From Bacteroidales bacterium (GTDB lineage Bacteria > Bacteroidota > Bacteroidia > Bacteroidales > UBA1402), in assembly GCA_017446025.1 (NCBI GenBank), contig JAFSRR010000104.1, forward strand, positions 44,026 through 108,025: a DNA stretch of 64,000 bases. Direction: 5' to 3'. The notes beneath the pieces are model-generated. The model did no database searches and was not told the DNA's origin. It saw only the letters and a program-made list of their open reading frames with translations. The translations under genes were made by a program, and so were the position numbers. Positions 61,620-64,000 of the stretch are shown piece after piece; the stretch's first letter is position 1, and every line of letters starts with the position of its first letter.

Positions 61620-62515
61620 CAGCGAGATCCGAATGTGTCAGCCCCGGCCCTGAACTGCCAGGGCGACATTACTTTCCGGCGTGAGAAGAACTTGCTGAAC
61701 GAGGAGGCGTCGGCAAAGTTGAGTCGGTCGGCTATCTGGGCGATGCCCATCGACGTGGTGCGCAGCAGGAAGGAGGCTTCCATGAGCAGCATCTGGTTGA
61801 CATAGTCGACCACGGTGCGTCCCGACACCTGACGGACCACGCGCGAGAGATAGACGGGCGAGATATTGAGCCGGCCGGCATAGAAGGCGATGTTGCGGTG
61901 CCGGGCAAAGTGGGCGGGCAGCAGGCGGATGAAACCGATGAAGATATCTTCCACGCGCCTGGTCATCGGCCGTTGGACGATGACCCGCTGCTGGGCGTTC
62001 TGCACATCGAGCAGGAAGAGGGCGTAGAGCATGCGCAGGGTCTCCTGCCTGTAGAGATGGTCGGAGTGCAGGTAGGCGATGATCTCGCGCATCCGCGAGG
62101 CCAGGTGCAGGGCCGTGGCATGGGGCAGCGTGAGCTTCGGTTCGTGCAGCTGCACGACGGGCAGGCAGGCAATGCCCACCAGGTCGCGCACGGTGGGCAT
62201 GTCGATGGTCGTGTGCTCGTCGGCCAAAAGACAGATGGCGCGGTAGTTTTCCGAGGCCGAGACGATGGTGACCGAAAGCCCCGGCGAGTAGAAATAGAGA
62301 TCGTCGGCATTGAGTGTCAGGACTTTGCCGTTGTAGATAAATGTCAGCCAGCCTTGCGTGACCAGCGTGAAGGTGTAGGCCGAGAGGTAGCCTTGCGTCT
62401 CGTTCGAGCGGAAAGTCTTGGCCGCATCGGTCTCGATGCAGTACATCTTGCCGTCCCAGTTGTCCATCGGCATCGCGCCGAACATCGCATGCCAGCTTTC
62501 CTTGAGTGTGTACAT
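61613..62515 (-). CDS. AraC-family transcriptional regulator
   Basis: 300 aa from ATG 62515. An N-terminal ligand/dimerisation domain is followed by a C-terminal double HTH (IAFYAGRLNISPVYLSRVVRQVSG and IAQIADRLNFADASSFSKFFSR). It overlaps the end of the susD remnant by 7 nt. Confidence 0.88.
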   Translation of the reverse strand: MYTLKESWHAMFGAMPMDNWDGKMYCIETDAAKTFRSNETQGYLSAYTFTLVTQGWLTFIYNGKVLTLNADDLYFYSPGLSVTIVSASENYRAICLLADEHTTIDMPTVRDLVGIACLPVVQLHEPKLTLPHATALHLASRMREIIAYLHSDHLYRQETLRMLYALFLLDVQNAQQRVIVQRPMTRRVEDIFIGFIRLLPAHFARHRNIAFYAGRLNISPVYLSRVVRQVSGRTVVDYVNQMLLMEASFLLRTTSMGIAQIADRLNFADASSFSKFFSRRKVMSPWQFRAGADTFGSRCQ

Positions 62516-62557
62516 AGCACGAATCGGATCGGCAAAGATAAGAAAAGATGGCGGAAC

Positions 62558-62594
62558 TGTATCGTTCCGGACAAATATTGTATTGTTTCGGACA
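62558..62594. promoter_or_regulatory. Direct-repeat candidate operator (two 16-nt half sites phased 21 bp apart) between the AraC gene and the ferritin-like gene
   Basis: tgtatCgttCcggaca (62558-62573) and tgtatTgttTcggaca (62579-62594) match at 14 of 16 positions. The offset is exactly 21 bp. Confidence 0.45.
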
Positions 62595-62658
62595 GCGGCC
62601 GTGTCGGGCAACAAGGCTATCTTAGCGCCACATTATAATATATAAAAACAAAACGACT

Positions 62659-63120
62659 ATGACTAAACAAGAAGCATTGAAAAAGTTCGCCGAACTCGGC
62701 GCCGTATGGTTTGGAAACAGTAAACAGCATTTCGCCTTCTCAGCCTACTGCCGCCTGCAGGGCTGGAGCAAGCTGGCCGACAAATGGAAGGAAGAGGCCG
62801 AGGAAGAATGGGACGAGGCCGAAGAGGTGCTGCAGCGCCTGGTCGAGCTCGGCTGCAAGCCTGCCCAGCTGCAGGAGGCCATGAAGACGGTCGAGTTTCC
62901 CTTCTACGACGATCCCAGGCAGCAGATCGAATCCGACTATCAGCCCGAGGCCGTCAGGGAGCTCAGCGAGCTGGCCGAGGCCTTCAAGGACGACTACCCC
63001 ACGCAGAAACTCATCTACAAGTGGATCGACGGCGAGAAGGACCACATGGCTTGGGAGGCCCAGTATCTCCACTATATCGACAAGCTGGGCTACGAGAATT
63101 TCCTCACGGCCATGATGTAA
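62659..63120 (+). CDS. Ferritin-like four-helix-bundle protein (bacterioferritin-like, atypical ligand set)
   Basis: 153 aa. An eye alignment to bacterioferritin pairs KLADKWKEEAEEEWDEAEEVLQRLV with [25 protein letters not shown], and WIDGEKDHMAWEAQYLHYIDKLGYENFL with [24 protein letters not shown]. One His ligand position reads Glu. Confidence 0.45.
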   Translation: MTKQEALKKFAELGAVWFGNSKQHFAFSAYCRLQGWSKLADKWKEEAEEEWDEAEEVLQRLVELGCKPAQLQEAMKTVEFPFYDDPRQQIESDYQPEAVRELSELAEAFKDDYPTQKLIYKWIDGEKDHMAWEAQYLHYIDKLGYENFLTAMM

Positions 63121-63134
63121 GGGCGAGCTGTCTT

Positions 63135-64000
63135 ATGGAGATCAAAGCAGTAAAATTCCGGAAGGACGGGTTCTATACCCAGCCTTTCGCTTTCGGCGGT
63201 GAAGAAGGCGTGGACAAGTTCGACAGGAACATCCGCTATCGCGGCAGCCTGCAGAACTATCTGATCGACACGGGCAAGGAGGTGATACTGGTCGATACGG
63301 GGCTGCCCGGGAACTTTCCCGAGGAAGTGCCCGACGAGTCGGCCCTGGCCTATACGGGCAAGGCTGTCTGCGGCTACATGGAAGCCCTGGCCGCGCTGGG
63401 CTATCGCCCCGGGCAGGTCACGAAGATCCTCCTGACCCACAGGCACAGCGACCACAGCGGCGAGCTGCGCAGCTTCCCCAATGCCCGGATCTATGTCAAT
63501 GCCGACGAGACCGGCGCGGAGGAGCTCAAGGACATCCCGAACCTGGAGCCTGTGCATTTCACCGACGGCCCCTACTATAATTTTCCCGAGAGCCAGCAGA
63601 TCGCAGAGGGCGTCTATCTGATCAAGGCCAAGGGCCATACCCGGGGCAACAGCCTCGTGATAGCTGAGAACGAAGGGCTCTTCTACATGTTCCAGGCCGA
63701 CATCACCTACGTGGACGAGGCACTGTATGAGAACAAGCTCTCCGTCGTCTTCGACGACCTCGCTGCGGCCCGCGAGACGATGGACCGCGTGCGCGAGTTC
63801 GTCCGCAACCACCCCACCGTCTATATGGGCACGCACACGCCCCAGGGCTACGAAAACCTGGAGGCCAGGCGTGTCATCGATCTGGACCGTCCCGTGCCGA
63901 CCATCCCGGCCGAAGTCGATTTTGCCGGCAGGCAGGCCAGCGGCAAGTATGTGTGCAGCATCTGCGGCTATGTGTACGACCCCGCCGAGCACGAGGGCGT
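63135..64000 (+). CDS. MBL-fold metallo-hydrolase fused to a C-terminal rubredoxin domain (3' end runs off the right edge)
   Basis: Hand translation from ATG 63135 gives MEIKAVKFRKDGFYTQPFAF, then LLTHRHSDHSGE (the HxHxDH motif), KAKGHTRGNS and GTHTP, ending GKYVCSICGYVYDPAEHEG (the first rubredoxin CxxCG knuckle). It is open to the window edge and absent from the ORF track because it has no stop. Confidence 0.75.
   Translation, partial: MEIKAVKFRKDGFYTQPFAFGGEEGVDKFDRNIRYRGSLQNYLIDTGKEVILVDTGLPGNFPEEVPDESALAYTGKAVCGYMEALAALGYRPGQVTKILLTHRHSDHSGELRSFPNARIYVNADETGAEELKDIPNLEPVHFTDGPYYNFPESQQIAEGVYLIKAKGHTRGNSLVIAENEGLFYMFQADITYVDEALYENKLSVVFDDLAAARETMDRVREFVRNHPTVYMGTHTPQGYENLEARRVIDLDRPVPTIPAEVDFAGRQASGKYVCSICGYVYDPAEHEG

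Noticed and set aside
63090-63992. 300-aa minus-strand ORF at the right edge, the only long ORF the track lists there
   Set aside because: Its composition is antisense-like. The plus strand, translated by hand from ATG 63135, gives an MBL HxHxDH motif and a rubredoxin CxxCG knuckle. The plus-strand gene is missing from the track only because it has no stop in the window.

Overview
This is a chromosomal window from a relatively GC-rich Bacteroidota (Bacteroidales-like) genome. The phylum call rests on two C-terminal T9SS sorting domains, a SusD fragment, a TonB-dependent receptor paired with DUF4249, DUF4295 and DUF4835 genes, a type III glutamine synthetase, TTTG/TAnnTTTG promoters and the absence of Shine-Dalgarno sites. 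I cannot name a genus. About 50 protein genes are packed tightly, often with ATGA start/stop overlaps. Most are housekeeping: tsaD, rpmB-rpmG, ftsY, rimO, gyrA, clpC-like, htpG, rlmD, rlmB, recN, coaBC, dnaN, murB, glnN, pdxB, gnd, cysK and metY-like. There are four tRNA genes: a Gly-Leu-Leu cluster and a second, inverted tRNA-Gly copy. Three genes are missing from the supplied ORF track and were recovered by hand translation: a TamB-like gene running off the left edge (TTG start), a 51-aa DUF4295 ORF after rpmG, and an MBL-fold/rubredoxin fusion running off the right edge. The accessory or unusual content is: (1) a lipoprotein / TonB-dependent receptor / DUF4249 outer-membrane trio; (2) a low-GC two-gene islet beside the tRNA cluster; (3) an overlapped epsG / O-antigen-ligase-like / GT2 / prsW / rluA-family operon; (4) a 1413-aa multidomain T9SS cargo protein of unknown function; (5) a pectin and hexuronate theme (CE8 esterase, T9SS PL9-like lyase, UxaE-like, UxuB-like SDR and LarA-like epimerase next to pdxB and gnd); (6) a ten-unit degenerate 11-bp tandem array at the break point of an orphan 5'-truncated susD; (7) an AraC regulator with a 21-bp-phased direct repeat upstream of a ferritin-like gene and the MBL-rubredoxin fusion. 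I found no CRISPR array, integrase, transposase or recognisable defence system. All functional calls come from reading the translated sequences by eye and from remembered family motifs. No database search was run.
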